From the NCBI GenBank assembly GCA_963752035.1, contig CAVVWZ010000028.1, forward strand, positions 7,738 to 71,737: 64,000 bases of DNA. Direction: 5' to 3'. Every line of letters begins with the position of its first letter. Position 1 is the first letter of the stretch. A model generated the notes under the pieces. The model worked only from the letters and a program-made list of their open reading frames with translations, did no database searches and had not been told where the DNA came from. The translations under genes and the position numbers were made by a program. Of the stretch, positions 9,701 to 19,262 are shown piece by piece. Source of the DNA: an uncultured delta proteobacterium. GTDB taxonomy: Bacteria > Desulfobacterota > WTBG01.

Positions 9701-10117
9701 ATGAACAGGGAGGTTCCGGTGGCAGAGAAAAAGATTAGGGCTATGGTGGCGAAACCCGGTTTGGATGGGCATGATAGGGGTGCTAAGATAATTGTACGTG
9801 CACTTCGTGATGCGGGGATGGAAGTCGTGTATACGGGTTTGCGGCAAACACCTGAACAGATTATTAGTGCCGCACTACAAGAAGACATTGATGTACTCCT
9901 ATTAAGTATTCTTTCAGGGGCTCATAACCACCTTTTTCCTGCAGTTGTAAAGGGATTGCAGGGGAAGGATATGTCACAGGTCCTTGTGATCGGGGGAGGT
10001 GTGATCCCGCAAGAAGATATTCCGAAGCTCAAAAATGCCGGGATTTCAGAAATTTTTGGACCGGGCACTTCCACGGAAACGATCATCACCTACATCAGGG
10101 AAAACCTTCCTTCTTAG
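9701..10117 (+). CDS. methylmalonyl-CoA mutase small subunit (B12-binding domain only)
   Basis: [29 protein letters not shown].. is the DxHxxG cobalamin-binding motif. Start moved to the ATG with SD AAGGGA (MNREV..). Confidence 0.85.
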   Translation: MNREVPVAEKKIRAMVAKPGLDGHDRGAKIIVRALRDAGMEVVYTGLRQTPEQIISAALQEDIDVLLLSILSGAHNHLFPAVVKGLQGKDMSQVLVIGGGVIPQEDIPKLKNAGISEIFGPGTSTETIITYIRENLPS

Positions 10118-10151
10118 ACTACCACACCATCACTGCAATTGGTTGTACCCT

Positions 10152-11102
10152 ATGGAACTAGTACACGAGGCATTGAAGGGCTCTGAGCGTGCTATTGCCC
10201 GGCTTATCACCATAGTGGAAAATGAGCTTCCTGGCTGGATAGAGGTCATGCGGGAACTTTATCCCCACACCGGGACAGCATATGTGGTTGGTATTACCGG
10301 CCCTACAGGGTCAGGTAAAAGCACCCTGGTGGATCGTGTTGCCCTTGCCCTCTGCACAAAAGGTTTTAGCGTTGGTATTGTGGCCATTGACCCTTCAAGC
10401 CCCTTCACCGGAGGTGCTCTGTTAGGGGACCGCATTCGTATGCGTGAAGTGGTTTCACAGGAAAAGGTTTTTATTAGAAGCCTTGGAACGAGGGGAGGGC
10501 TGGGAGGTATTTCACGGGCAACCTCTGATGTGATCAAGATCCTTGATGCCTCGGGAAAAGAGTTTATCCTCATTGAAACCATCGGGGTAGGGCAGGATGA
10601 GGTTGAAATTGTACAGGTGGCGGATACCTCCATTGTGGTTTCTGTGCCGGGTCTGGGAGATGATATTCAGACCATTAAAGCGGGTATTATGGAGATTGGG
10701 GACATCTTTGTGGTTAACAAGGCGGACCGGGAGGGGGCCGATCATGTTGTCACTATGATCAAAGCCATGCTGGACCTTAACCCGGTATCCCAAAGCTGGA
10801 AACAGCCCGTCATTAAAACTGTGGCTACTGAGAACCGCGGGGTTGATCAACTCCTTGAACAGATGATGCTGCATCGCCAACACCTCATGGATAGCGGTCT
10901 TTTGACGGCTAAACGAAAGGATCGGATTGGACGGGAAATTAAAAAACTGTTAGAGCACAGAATTTCCCTGTATGTGCATGATCAAATGAATAAAATTGAT
11001 TTCTTGAAAGAAACCGTTGAACAGATCAACCACCGTAAGGAAGACCCCTATTCCTGTGTTGATCGTTTACTCAAGGTGCTGGAAGAGAAGGAAAAATCAT
11101 AA
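10152..11102 (+). CDS. meaB: methylmalonyl-CoA mutase-associated GTPase (ArgK/MeaB)
   Basis: Walker A GPTGSGKST and NKAD motif (VVNKADR), with a MeaB-type N-terminus ..AIARLITIVEN... The 5' part of the track ORF overlaps the upstream gene, so start moved to MELVHEAL. Confidence 0.9.
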   Translation: MELVHEALKGSERAIARLITIVENELPGWIEVMRELYPHTGTAYVVGITGPTGSGKSTLVDRVALALCTKGFSVGIVAIDPSSPFTGGALLGDRIRMREVVSQEKVFIRSLGTRGGLGGISRATSDVIKILDASGKEFILIETIGVGQDEVEIVQVADTSIVVSVPGLGDDIQTIKAGIMEIGDIFVVNKADREGADHVVTMIKAMLDLNPVSQSWKQPVIKTVATENRGVDQLLEQMMLHRQHLMDSGLLTAKRKDRIGREIKKLLEHRISLYVHDQMNKIDFLKETVEQINHRKEDPYSCVDRLLKVLEEKEKS

Positions 11103-11150
11103 AACCACCAAATAAAGAAGTCAGAAGACAGGAGACAGAATCGAAAAAAA

Positions 11151-11184
<34 letters not shown>

Positions 11185-11280
11185 GTTGAATGAAAGAAAG
11201 CAAAGAGAAGGACGAAAGACGACCAATCAAGTGACTGAATGACGAATAAGTGAGGGGAGAACTTTTCCCGTTTTGGTTTT

Positions 11281-11349
11281 TAATTTTAGGCATCTAGGCA
11301 CTTTAGCTCAATTTAGGCATTTAAATTCTCTGTGGTTCATTTTTGAATT
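11281..11349 (+). repeat. family-B intergenic repeat, copy B1
   Basis: taattttaggcatctaggcactttagctcaatttaggcatttaaattctctgtggttcatttttgaatt. It aligns along its length with 31200..31266 and ends ~30 nt before the mce start. Confidence 0.75.
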
Positions 11350-11377
11350 ACAGGAATGACAAGGAAAGGAGAGAAGG

Positions 11378-11782
11378 ATGAAAGTAACAAAATTAGATCA
11401 CATCGGTATTGCAGTAAAAAATATGGACGAAGCCCTTGCCTTTTATCGTGATACCCTGGGAATTACTTCCGTGGGAACCGAAGTAATCGAAGAACAGAAG
11501 GTCAAGGTCGCCTTCCTGCCAGTGGGTGATACCGAGCTTGAATTGCTCGAATCCACCGCACCCGATGGACCGGTTGCAAAGTTCATTGAGAAGCGGGGAG
11601 AAGGAATTCAACACATAGCACTGAGAGTTGAAAATATTGAAGAGGCTTTGGGAGAACTCAAAGAGAAGGGTTTCCAACTCATAGACCAGCAACCGCGCTA
11701 TGGTGCGGGAAATGCCCAGATTGCCTTTCTTCATCCTAAAGCAACCGGAGGGATCCTGCTTGAGCTCTCTGAGAGAAAGTGA
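11378..11782 (+). CDS. mce: methylmalonyl-CoA epimerase (VOC/glyoxalase fold)
   Basis: 134 aa. MKVTKLDHIGIAV..EALAFY..LG.. ..GEGIQHIALRV.. matches epimerase-type VOC proteins. Context with the mcm small subunit and meaB. Confidence 0.85.
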   Translation: MKVTKLDHIGIAVKNMDEALAFYRDTLGITSVGTEVIEEQKVKVAFLPVGDTELELLESTAPDGPVAKFIEKRGEGIQHIALRVENIEEALGELKEKGFQLIDQQPRYGAGNAQIAFLHPKATGGILLELSERK

Positions 11783-11812
11783 GATGAGGTTCACGGTAAG
11801 TGCATAACATCG

Positions 11813-12601
11813 TTAGGGTTCCAATTTTTTTGCTTTTTCCCACAGCAGTTCCATTTCCTCTAATGAAGTCTTAGTGATATCATGTCCGGCATCACGTAAG
11901 GACTGCTCTATAAAGTGAAATCGTTCAGTAAACTTTTTGATGGTTTTTCGCAGTACAGCTTCTGAATCAATCTTCATAAACCGACTGAGATTTACCAGGG
12001 AGAACAAAACATCTCCTAACTCAGCTGCTATTTTGTTGCTATCCTTTAGTTCCATGCTTTCTTTTAGTTCACCCAGTTCTTCTTCTATTTTTTCGAAAAT
12101 CTGTTGGGGTGACTGCCAGTCAAACCCAACCTGGGATGCTTTTTGTGTGAGGAGCTGTGCCTGAATCAGTGCAGGTAGAAAAGCTGGAATACCATCGAGT
12201 ACCGATAGGCCGGCAACCGGTTTGCCCTCCAGTTCTTTTTTTATAATGCGCCAGTTAGCCTTTACCTCGTCGGCAGTGGTTGCTTTTTTGTCGGCAAACA
12301 CGTGAGGGTGACGTCTAATCATCTTTTCCGTGACTTCAGCTATGACGTCATGGATTGTGACAGCACTGGTTTCTTCCAGTATATCTATCAGAAATATAAT
12401 GAGAAATAGCACATCTCCTGCTTCCTCTTTGATATGTTCCGGATTATTTTGATCAATGGCATCAAGTATTTCATAGGTTTCGCCGATAAGATATGACTTA
12501 AGGTCTTGAAGTGTCTGTTCCCGGTCCCATGGGCATCCGTCGGGTCCCCGTAATGTTTTGACCAGAGATATAATATCTTCAAGATTTTTTTTACTGTTCA
12601 T
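11813..12601 (-). CDS. mazG: nucleoside triphosphate pyrophosphohydrolase MazG
   Basis: Tandem MazG domains (..CPWDREQT.., EEAGDVLF, ELGDVLF). Start moved to MNSKKNLED.. with SD GGAGGA. Confidence 0.9.
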   Translation of the reverse strand: MNSKKNLEDIISLVKTLRGPDGCPWDREQTLQDLKSYLIGETYEILDAIDQNNPEHIKEEAGDVLFLIIFLIDILEETSAVTIHDVIAEVTEKMIRRHPHVFADKKATTADEVKANWRIIKKELEGKPVAGLSVLDGIPAFLPALIQAQLLTQKASQVGFDWQSPQQIFEKIEEELGELKESMELKDSNKIAAELGDVLFSLVNLSRFMKIDSEAVLRKTIKKFTERFHFIEQSLRDAGHDITKTSLEEMELLWEKAKKLEP

Positions 12602-12789
12602 TGCGACATCCTCCGAGGTAGGGAAATGGGAGTACTCATACCGAAAGTTTGCACCATGAAAAGACTTGCATCCGCCAGGGTAATGTGATAGAACCTGTAC
12701 ATACATTTTTTAGAGAAGAAAGCACTATCCCCGTTGTCCTGAACAGCGGGGTTATTCGCTTTTAACCCTGTGCTACCATATAAAACAGA

Positions 12790-13209
12790 ATGAAGATTGT
12801 ATACGATACACTTGTTTGTAATACTAGTGCAAACACTGATATTATCGATATTACCCATGAAGTTGAAGAGACAGTGCGGTCGTCAGGCATTAACAATGGT
12901 ACGGTTCTACTTTTTGTATCAGGTTCAACCGCAGCCTTAACCACCATTGAATATGAATCCGGTGTCGTGAGTGATCTCGAAAAGGCCATAGAACGGATAG
13001 CTCCTCATACCATACCCTATGAACACGATCGACGATGGGGTGACGGTAATGGATATGCCCATGTAAGAGCTGCTCTTATAGGTGCCAGTCTTTCGGTGCC
13101 CTTGCGGGAGGGGACTATGCTCCTGGGTACCTGGCAGCAGATTGTCGTCCTTGATTTTGATAACCGTCCCAGAAAAAGGGAGCTTCAGGTTCAGATTTCT
13201 GGATTGTAA
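12790..13209 (+). CDS. yjbQ: YjbQ/UPF0047 family (secondary thiamine-phosphate synthase-type) protein
   Basis: 139 aa. The pattern ..DITHEV.., [12 protein letters not shown], ..[14 protein letters not shown].. is characteristic of UPF0047. Confidence 0.85.
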   Translation: MKIVYDTLVCNTSANTDIIDITHEVEETVRSSGINNGTVLLFVSGSTAALTTIEYESGVVSDLEKAIERIAPHTIPYEHDRRWGDGNGYAHVRAALIGASLSVPLREGTMLLGTWQQIVVLDFDNRPRKRELQVQISGL

Positions 13210-13246
13210 TCGGACTGGGATAATCACTAACGTTTCAATAGGTACT

Positions 13247-14221
13247 GTGGTGGTCAAGAAAGATAAAGACACTACTGCACAATTAACATTTGAAGACAAC
13301 ACCCTTATCAAAACCCTGCTTGGAGAATACGATGAAAATCTGAAGTTCATTGAAAAATCTCTCAAGGTCAGGATCGCGGTACGGGGTAATAACATCACTA
13401 TTCGCGGTGGGGTAGAAAACAGTAAACTTGCTCAACGATTGCTGCAGGAGCTCTACTTTCTGATTGAATCCAAGCACCCTGTTTACCACAATGAGATAGA
13501 TTATGCTATAAAGATTTTACGGGATAATGAACAGGCTCATTTAAAAGATGTTTTTCTTGATACCATTCACGTTTCACCTAAGCAAAGACTGATTTCACCC
13601 AAGAGCCTTGTTCAAAAAAAATATATTGATGCTATAAGGACCTATGATATTGTTTTTGGGATTGGCCCGGCAGGGACCGGCAAGACCTATTTGGCCATGG
13701 CCATGGCTATTGCTGCACTGGTAAAGAAAGAGATTGACAGGATTATTCTCACCAGGCCTGCTGTAGAAGCGGGAGAAAAACTGGGATTTTTACCTGGAGA
13801 CCTCTATGAAAAGGTCAATCCCTATCTCAGGCCACTCTATGATGCGCTGCATGATATGATGGATTTAGAGAAGGCATCACGCTTGCTGCAAAAAGGTATT
13901 ATTGAAGTTGCGCCGTTGGCTTTTATGAGAGGACGCACCTTGAACGACTCTTTTGTCATCCTTGATGAAGCCCAAAACACCACCTCCGAACAGATGAAAA
14001 TGTTTCTTACACGGTTGGGTTTCAGTTCAAAGGCAGTCATCACCGGGGATATAACCCAGGTAGATTTGCCCTCTGGTAAGCCATCAGGATTAATAGAAAT
14101 TCAGAAGATATTAGCACCAATTGATGGAATAAATTTTGTTTACTTCTCGGAAAAAGATGTCGTCAGGCATCCTTTAGTGCAGGCAATCATCCGTGCTTAT
14201 GAAAGGGCTGATTCCTGTTAG
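13247..14221 (+). CDS. phoH: PhoH-like ATPase
   Basis: Walker [21 protein letters not shown], and an N-terminal KH-like part. The track ORF start (13082) overlaps yjbQ, so the likely GTG start is near 13247. Exact start uncertain. Confidence 0.9.
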   Translation: MVVKKDKDTTAQLTFEDNTLIKTLLGEYDENLKFIEKSLKVRIAVRGNNITIRGGVENSKLAQRLLQELYFLIESKHPVYHNEIDYAIKILRDNEQAHLKDVFLDTIHVSPKQRLISPKSLVQKKYIDAIRTYDIVFGIGPAGTGKTYLAMAMAIAALVKKEIDRIILTRPAVEAGEKLGFLPGDLYEKVNPYLRPLYDALHDMMDLEKASRLLQKGIIEVAPLAFMRGRTLNDSFVILDEAQNTTSEQMKMFLTRLGFSSKAVITGDITQVDLPSGKPSGLIEIQKILAPIDGINFVYFSEKDVVRHPLVQAIIRAYERADSC

Positions 14222-14275
14222 CTCCTTTAAGTGATTGGTGGAGCAAAAACCCTCATTGTTATTTAGAGAATTGTT

Positions 14276-16705
14276 ATGGTCTGGTTTGGTAAAAGAAAGA
14301 AACGGTCGAAACTAATTGAGCCTGGTCCCCAAAAGATTTCACTGCTGAAACACCCTGCTCTCTATAAAGGGCTGCTTCTCCTTGCGACCTGCTTGATTAT
14401 TGCGAGCCTTATTTCCCCTCGTATACCTTCTACCGTTCCGTCCTACAAGGTGGGTGATGTTTCAGATCAGAATATAAAAGCACTGCAGGATTTGCTGGTA
14501 GAAGACACCTCCTCCACCGCTGCAAAGCGGTTGGAAAACGAGGTGAAGAGTCCCTCCATATACGATTTTGATGCCGATGCCTCTGAAGAGGTGCGTAACA
14601 GGATTGGGGCTACATTTAAACACTTAAGGACCATCTCAGAAGATCCAGCTGAGAAACTTTCCTTGGATGAACAGAAGGTAATCTTTGGAGAAAGTCTGGA
14701 AATAGAGATTACTGATAAACACTTCAAAAGTTTTTTTACAAATCGCTTTGGTCCCAATGTTGTCGAATTTATTACGGGCTTGATTGATGAACCCCTTGGT
14801 GCAAAGGTGGTTGTTGACAAGGCAGTATTACAAAGTGATAGAACCAAAGGCATTACTATACGGAACGTACAGACTCAGGAAGAATTCCTTCTAATAGATT
14901 TGTCTTCCATCCGTGATCTGGAAGAGATGAAGGAAGAGGTTGGCAAGAGTGCCGAGAAAAAACTTAAAAGGCTTTCGAGGTCATTGCGTTCTGCTGTTGT
15001 TGCTACTGCACAGCAATTGATAAGGCCTACCCTTACCTTCAACAAGAATGAGACCCAGGCACGCAAACTCAGGGCACGTAGTGAAACGAACCCTGTTTAT
15101 TTTAAACTGAAAAAGGGTGAGATGATTATCCGTGAAGGGGACAAAGTCACGGAGGAAATATTTCTAAAGCTCCAGACCTTAAACCAGATGAAGCAGGAAA
15201 CCAACCCTCTCATTTCTACGATAGGAATATTTCTGCTGGTCTTGATGATTGTTTCCCTCTTTTACACCTTTTTCCCGGGAAGTATTAGAAGGTTTAATTT
15301 GAAAGGTAAAGACTATCTCCTGTTAAGCATGGTCCTGGTTGCCATGGTCATGATAATTAATGCCTCTACCTTTTTATCGGGGGCCATTGGTAAGGCCTTC
15401 CCCATTGTTCCCTCCGATGCCTTTTTGTACGGTACCCCGTTTGCCCTGGGTGCCATACTCATTGCAATTGTTCTCAATGTGGAGCTAGCGGCAATGTTTT
15501 CCGTTGTGCTCGCAATTATGAGTGGCATCCTGCTTGATAATCAATTGAGATTTTTTGTCTATCCCTTTATTGCCAGCATTGTTGCTGCTCAGCAGGTGGT
15601 TTTATGCAAGGAGAGAAGGACACTCATTCGGGCTGGTCTTATTACCGGAGTGGTTAATGTTTTACTTATCTTATGTTTTGCAATTATCGAGCAGAACCTC
15701 TTTAATTTTGAGGCACTCTTCCATTTGAGCTTCGGCTTTCTGGGGGGATTACTTACCGGCGTTATTGCAACAGGTTTTGTCCCGCTCATTGAAATCACTT
15801 TTGACTACACAACCAATATTAAACTGTTAGAAATAGCTGATCTCAACCAGCCACTCTTAAAAGAACTGAGTATCAAGGCACCGGGTACCTACCAGCACAG
15901 TATTATGGTGGGAAACCTGGTGGATGCTGCTGCTGATACGGTAGGGGCTAACTCACTGCTTGCCAGGGTGAGTGCCTATTATCACGATATCGGTAAGGTA
16001 AAAAAGGCCACCTACTTTGTTGAAAATCAGATTAAGGGGGAAAACAAACATGAAAAGCTTTCCCCTAACATGAGCAGCCTCATTCTACTGGCCCATGTCA
16101 AAGACGGTGTGGAGTTAGCCAAGGAGAAGAGACTCGGTGGTGCTATTCGGGATATTATCAGGCAACATCACGGCACCAGTTTGATTAGTTTTTTCTATTC
16201 GAAGGCTAAAAGCCAGCATAATTCCACCTCCCAGCCTGTCAGTGAGAAAGATTTTCGTTATCCCGGTCCGAAGCCCCAGACCAAAGAGGCAGCCCTGGTG
16301 ATGCTGGCGGATTCGGTGGAAGCGGCCTCCAAGACATTAGCAGACCCCACTCCGGCCCGTATCCAGGGAATGGTTCAAAAAATTATTAACAGTATTTTTA
16401 TCGATGGACAGTTGGATGAATGTGAATTATCATTAAAGAATTTACATGCCATTGCAAACAGCTTCAACAGGATTCTGGCCAGTGGTGTTTTTCATCATCG
16501 AATTGAGTATCCTTCACTGGAAAAGGAAGAGGTAGGGGGTAAGAAAAAAACCAATGGTAAAGATAAAAAACCAGCAGAACAAGATAAAGATAAGCCTGAA
16601 GTGGATAACGGAGGTAACGAACGAGATCTTAAAAGACTTGGGCTATCAAAAGTGGGAAATAAGCATTCTGCTGGTGGACGACCCTCAAATCACAAATCTC
16701 AATAA
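14276..16705 (+). CDS. 7TM-HD (HDIG) membrane phosphohydrolase, PgpH/YqfF-like
   Basis: 809 aa: extracellular N-domain, 7 TM helices, then an HD domain (HSIMVGNL.., YYHDIGK, QHHGTS). The Lys-rich tail runs 152 nt into ybeY. Confidence 0.8.
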   Translation: MVWFGKRKKRSKLIEPGPQKISLLKHPALYKGLLLLATCLIIASLISPRIPSTVPSYKVGDVSDQNIKALQDLLVEDTSSTAAKRLENEVKSPSIYDFDADASEEVRNRIGATFKHLRTISEDPAEKLSLDEQKVIFGESLEIEITDKHFKSFFTNRFGPNVVEFITGLIDEPLGAKVVVDKAVLQSDRTKGITIRNVQTQEEFLLIDLSSIRDLEEMKEEVGKSAEKKLKRLSRSLRSAVVATAQQLIRPTLTFNKNETQARKLRARSETNPVYFKLKKGEMIIREGDKVTEEIFLKLQTLNQMKQETNPLISTIGIFLLVLMIVSLFYTFFPGSIRRFNLKGKDYLLLSMVLVAMVMIINASTFLSGAIGKAFPIVPSDAFLYGTPFALGAILIAIVLNVELAAMFSVVLAIMSGILLDNQLRFFVYPFIASIVAAQQVVLCKERRTLIRAGLITGVVNVLLILCFAIIEQNLFNFEALFHLSFGFLGGLLTGVIATGFVPLIEITFDYTTNIKLLEIADLNQPLLKELSIKAPGTYQHSIMVGNLVDAAADTVGANSLLARVSAYYHDIGKVKKATYFVENQIKGENKHEKLSPNMSSLILLAHVKDGVELAKEKRLGGAIRDIIRQHHGTSLISFFYSKAKSQHNSTSQPVSEKDFRYPGPKPQTKEAALVMLADSVEAASKTLADPTPARIQGMVQKIINSIFIDGQLDECELSLKNLHAIANSFNRILASGVFHHRIEYPSLEKEEVGGKKKTNGKDKKPAEQDKDKPEVDNGGNERDLKRLGLSKVGNKHSAGGRPSNHKSQ

Positions 16706-17006
16706 GACCTACCTGCAACGTAACAGACCAACTGACATCATTGCGTTCTCTCAGATAGAAGGAGACTTCAGCCACCTTAATGCCAACCTTCTCGGTGACC
16801 TTGTGATTTCACTTGAAACCGCACAACGTCAGGCAGAAGAAGAGCATGCAAGCTTAGATGATGAAATTGTTTTTTTGCTTATCCATGGCATTCTCCATCT
16901 TCTCGGTTATGATCATGAGGGTTCGGAAAAGCAAGCCCGCGAGATGGAGGCGAAACAGGAGGAGGTCCTCTCTTCCCTCGGAAGCAGTGTTTCTTTGAAA
17001 CACTGA
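16554..17006 (+). CDS. ybeY: rRNA maturation endoribonuclease YbeY
   Basis: 150 aa with zinc motif HGILHLLGYDH and the conserved N-terminal part ..ISILLVDD..I..LN..YL....PTDIIAF. Confidence 0.9.
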   Translation: MVKIKNQQNKIKISLKWITEVTNEILKDLGYQKWEISILLVDDPQITNLNKTYLQRNRPTDIIAFSQIEGDFSHLNANLLGDLVISLETAQRQAEEEHASLDDEIVFLLIHGILHLLGYDHEGSEKQAREMEAKQEEVLSSLGSSVSLKH

Positions 17007-17226
17007 CCGCTCCCTTTCCCTAATTACATTTTGCTGGTTGCCCCGAGAGGCTTAAAAAATTCTCCTGAAACAAGCACCACCCACCTTGAAAACAATCCAT
17101 TACTGAAAACAAAAGTCTTTTTCCCAATCATTTTTTTCTTTAGTTTCATAAGAGCTAAACTGCTGTAAAATATGTAAATATGAAAATCATTTCCTATGGG
17201 TTAGTATTTGGTTTTTGGGATACAAA

Positions 17227-17269
17227 CAGGAAATCAGGTTTTTCGAAGTAAAAAACCAGGGATTTCCTG
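17227..17269. repeat. family-D motif / hairpin
   Basis: caggaaatcaggttttt..aaaaaccagggatttcctg forms a ~17-bp stem. The right half ttcgaagtaaaaaaccagggatttcctg recurs at 24383..24410 as ttcgaagtgaaaaatcagggttttccct. Confidence 0.55.
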
Positions 17270-17566
17270 ATTGTGTATACGGGGAATACTGTTATTATCG
17301 ATAAATACAGGTTCAATTGTGTCAACAAGCAAAAGGGCATGTATATGGTGTGGTTCCCCCTCCTTTCTAATCCAGTAATGCAGGAGTGGTCCTCACGGAC
17401 CAGGGATTCTTGTTGAATGTGGCGGGGAAAGAAGTGAAGAGCTACCTTCATAATAATGGAAAGGGTAGTTTTTTTAATGATTAAAGCAAACGGTCAACAG
17501 GGGTAAGCTGTCTAGTGCTGAAAGTTTGTAAAACTAGTATTAAAGGTGGATTTATAGACCCTGCTG

Positions 17567-17575
17567 TGCTATAAT
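17567..17575 (+). promoter_or_regulatory. extended -10 promoter (TGcTATAAT)
   Basis: tgctataat is seen ~35 nt upstream of a G8 SD-like run and the mini-ORF. No good -35 box. Confidence 0.4.
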
Positions 17576-17604
17576 CATCTAAAATATTAGTTTTTAGGGG
17601 GGGG

Positions 17605-17667
17605 AAAACATGGACATATGTTTAAAACGAAAACGTTTTGACAGGCTGTCCATGTTTTTTGTTTTTT
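17605..17667 (+). terminator. Rho-independent terminator-like hairpin
   Basis: 12-bp perfect stem aaaacatggaca / tgtccatgtttt encloses an inner AAAACG-AAAA-CGTTTT hairpin and is followed by ttttttgttttttg. Confidence 0.65.
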
Positions 17668-17669
17668 GA
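17610..17669 (+). CDS. candidate 19-codon mini-ORF (MDICLKRKRFDRLSMFFVF)
   Basis: The ATG is preceded by gggggggg-aaaac, and the ORF lies inside the terminator hairpin. No homology evidence and below the ORF-track cutoff. Confidence 0.2.
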   Translation: MDICLKRKRFDRLSMFFVF

Positions 17670-17734
17670 ACCGGTAATCGAAATTGATCCACCCCTATAG
17701 TAAACAAGACGGATTTTAAATATCTCAGGTTTTT

Positions 17735-19255
17735 ATGAAATTTTCTTATCTAAAGCGTCTTAATAACATAGCTTTTGTCAATAAACTAAGGCTACTCGTT
17801 CTCGGAACAACACTTATTGCTTTGTTTCTGGCCTGCGGAACAATCATCGTCTACGAATTCTTAAACTTCCGTGCTTCAACAGTGGGCAAACTAAAAACCA
17901 TTGCGGAAGTTATCGGAACGGGCACTACACCAGCGTTATTTTTTAAAGACCGAATTTATGCAGAAGAGAGTCTGCAAATTTTAAAAGTTGAACAACACAT
18001 TATGGCTGCACTAATTTTTGAAGATGATGGTGCATTGTTTGCAGACTATTATCGGAACCCAATGAAGAAAGATGTTGTCACGCCCCCATTTCAGAAGAAC
18101 GGATACCGATTTGATGGTGATTATGTATATGTATTTCACAGTATCGTTTATGATGGTGAGAATCTCGGGACAGTTTGCATTGCATATGAATTGGAGGAAA
18201 TGCAATCGAGGTTGATTCAATATGCAAGTACTATCGTTATTGTTTTGTTAATTGCAGGTACCATAGCTTTCATTGCTACATCACGATTGCAAAGGGTTAT
18301 TTCGGAACCCATTCTTAATCTGGCACAGGTAGCCAGTACTGTTACAAAAGAAAAAAATTATGCGGTTCGGGCAAAAGCTCGTGAGTCGCAGGATGAACTT
18401 GGGGAACTTGTTTCGGACTTTAACAAGATGCTGGATCGTATTGCAATACGAGATAAAGAACTTGAAAACCTTGTTGCTGAACGTACCAAAAAACTGTGGG
18501 AAGCAGTGAGGGAGCTCCGAAAACTGGATGAAATGAAGACAGACTTTTTTACTGCAATATCTCATGAATTACGAACACCACTCACATCTGTTCTGGGGTT
18601 TGCGAAAATCATCAGAAAACGTTTTGAGGAAAGAATTGTCCCGTACTTACATGGAGATAATGAGCAGGTTCAGGATTCAAAAGAGCAAATTGTACAAGAT
18701 CTTGATATCATCCTGTCTGAAGGGGCTCGGTTGACAGACATGATAAATAATATTCTTGATCTTGCCAAGCTTGAAGAGGGAGCTGTTATGTGGAGAATGG
18801 AAACTCTCTCGGTCCCTGATTTAGTTGACCGTGCGACTACTGCCACTCAGCCACTTGTTGCGGAGAAGGGACTAACTTTGCACATTGAGAGTGATAACGG
18901 ATTTCCCCATATTGTAGGTGATAAAGATAGATTGACTCAGGTTTTGATAAATCTCATTGCCAATGCGGTCAAATATACTGACGAGGGAACAGTAACCTGC
19001 AGGTTAAAAATTTCTGATAATCAGATTGTTGTTAGTGTTATCGACACTGGTATGGGTATCCCACAGGATGAGTGTGAAAAGCTGTTTGATAAATTCCATC
19101 AGAGCACGCATGATGGTGCAAGGGTCAGCAATAAAGGAACAGGGCTCGGCTTGACCATCTGTAAACACATTGTTGAATATCACAAAGGGAGGATATGGAT
19201 CGAAAGTGACCTGGGGAAAGGGAGTGCTGTTTCATTCACCCTTCCCCTTGCTTGA
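17735..19255 (+). CDS. sensor histidine kinase (TM sensor domain-HAMP-HisKA-HATPase_c)
   Basis: 506 aa with two TM segments flanking a ~140-aa sensor domain (possibly CHASE8-like). H-box FTAISHELRTPLTSV, N/G boxes NLIANAVKYT, DTGMGIP, GTGLGLTIC. Confidence 0.9.
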   Translation: MKFSYLKRLNNIAFVNKLRLLVLGTTLIALFLACGTIIVYEFLNFRASTVGKLKTIAEVIGTGTTPALFFKDRIYAEESLQILKVEQHIMAALIFEDDGALFADYYRNPMKKDVVTPPFQKNGYRFDGDYVYVFHSIVYDGENLGTVCIAYELEEMQSRLIQYASTIVIVLLIAGTIAFIATSRLQRVISEPILNLAQVASTVTKEKNYAVRAKARESQDELGELVSDFNKMLDRIAIRDKELENLVAERTKKLWEAVRELRKLDEMKTDFFTAISHELRTPLTSVLGFAKIIRKRFEERIVPYLHGDNEQVQDSKEQIVQDLDIILSEGARLTDMINNILDLAKLEEGAVMWRMETLSVPDLVDRATTATQPLVAEKGLTLHIESDNGFPHIVGDKDRLTQVLINLIANAVKYTDEGTVTCRLKISDNQIVVSVIDTGMGIPQDECEKLFDKFHQSTHDGARVSNKGTGLGLTICKHIVEYHKGRIWIESDLGKGSAVSFTLPLA

Positions 19256-19262
19256 GGAGGCT

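Noticed and set aside
10035-10151. 5' extension of the meaB track ORF ([18 protein letters not shown]..).
   Set aside because: It overlaps the 3' end of the B12-binding subunit gene in another frame. MeaB homology starts at MELVHEAL...
11286-11320. Short periodic 'taggca' units (8-9-nt spacing) considered as a CRISPR-like or tandem array.
   Set aside because: The units are far too short and have no spacers. They are part of the family-B repeat. No CRISPR array is present anywhere in the window.
11320-11349. Possible sigma-54 promoter (GG-N10-GC) within the ctgtggtt..ttttga end of family-B repeats.
   Set aside because: The -12 element is GA/AC rather than GC in all copies, and the spacing does not fit.
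13082-13246. 5' extension of the phoH track ORF.
   Set aside because: It overlaps yjbQ, and PhoH similarity begins after ~13247.
17194-17451. 85-aa minus-strand ORF in the ybeY/kinase gap.
   Set aside because: It has no SD and no recognisable family, and it overlaps the family-D hairpin. Likely chance.
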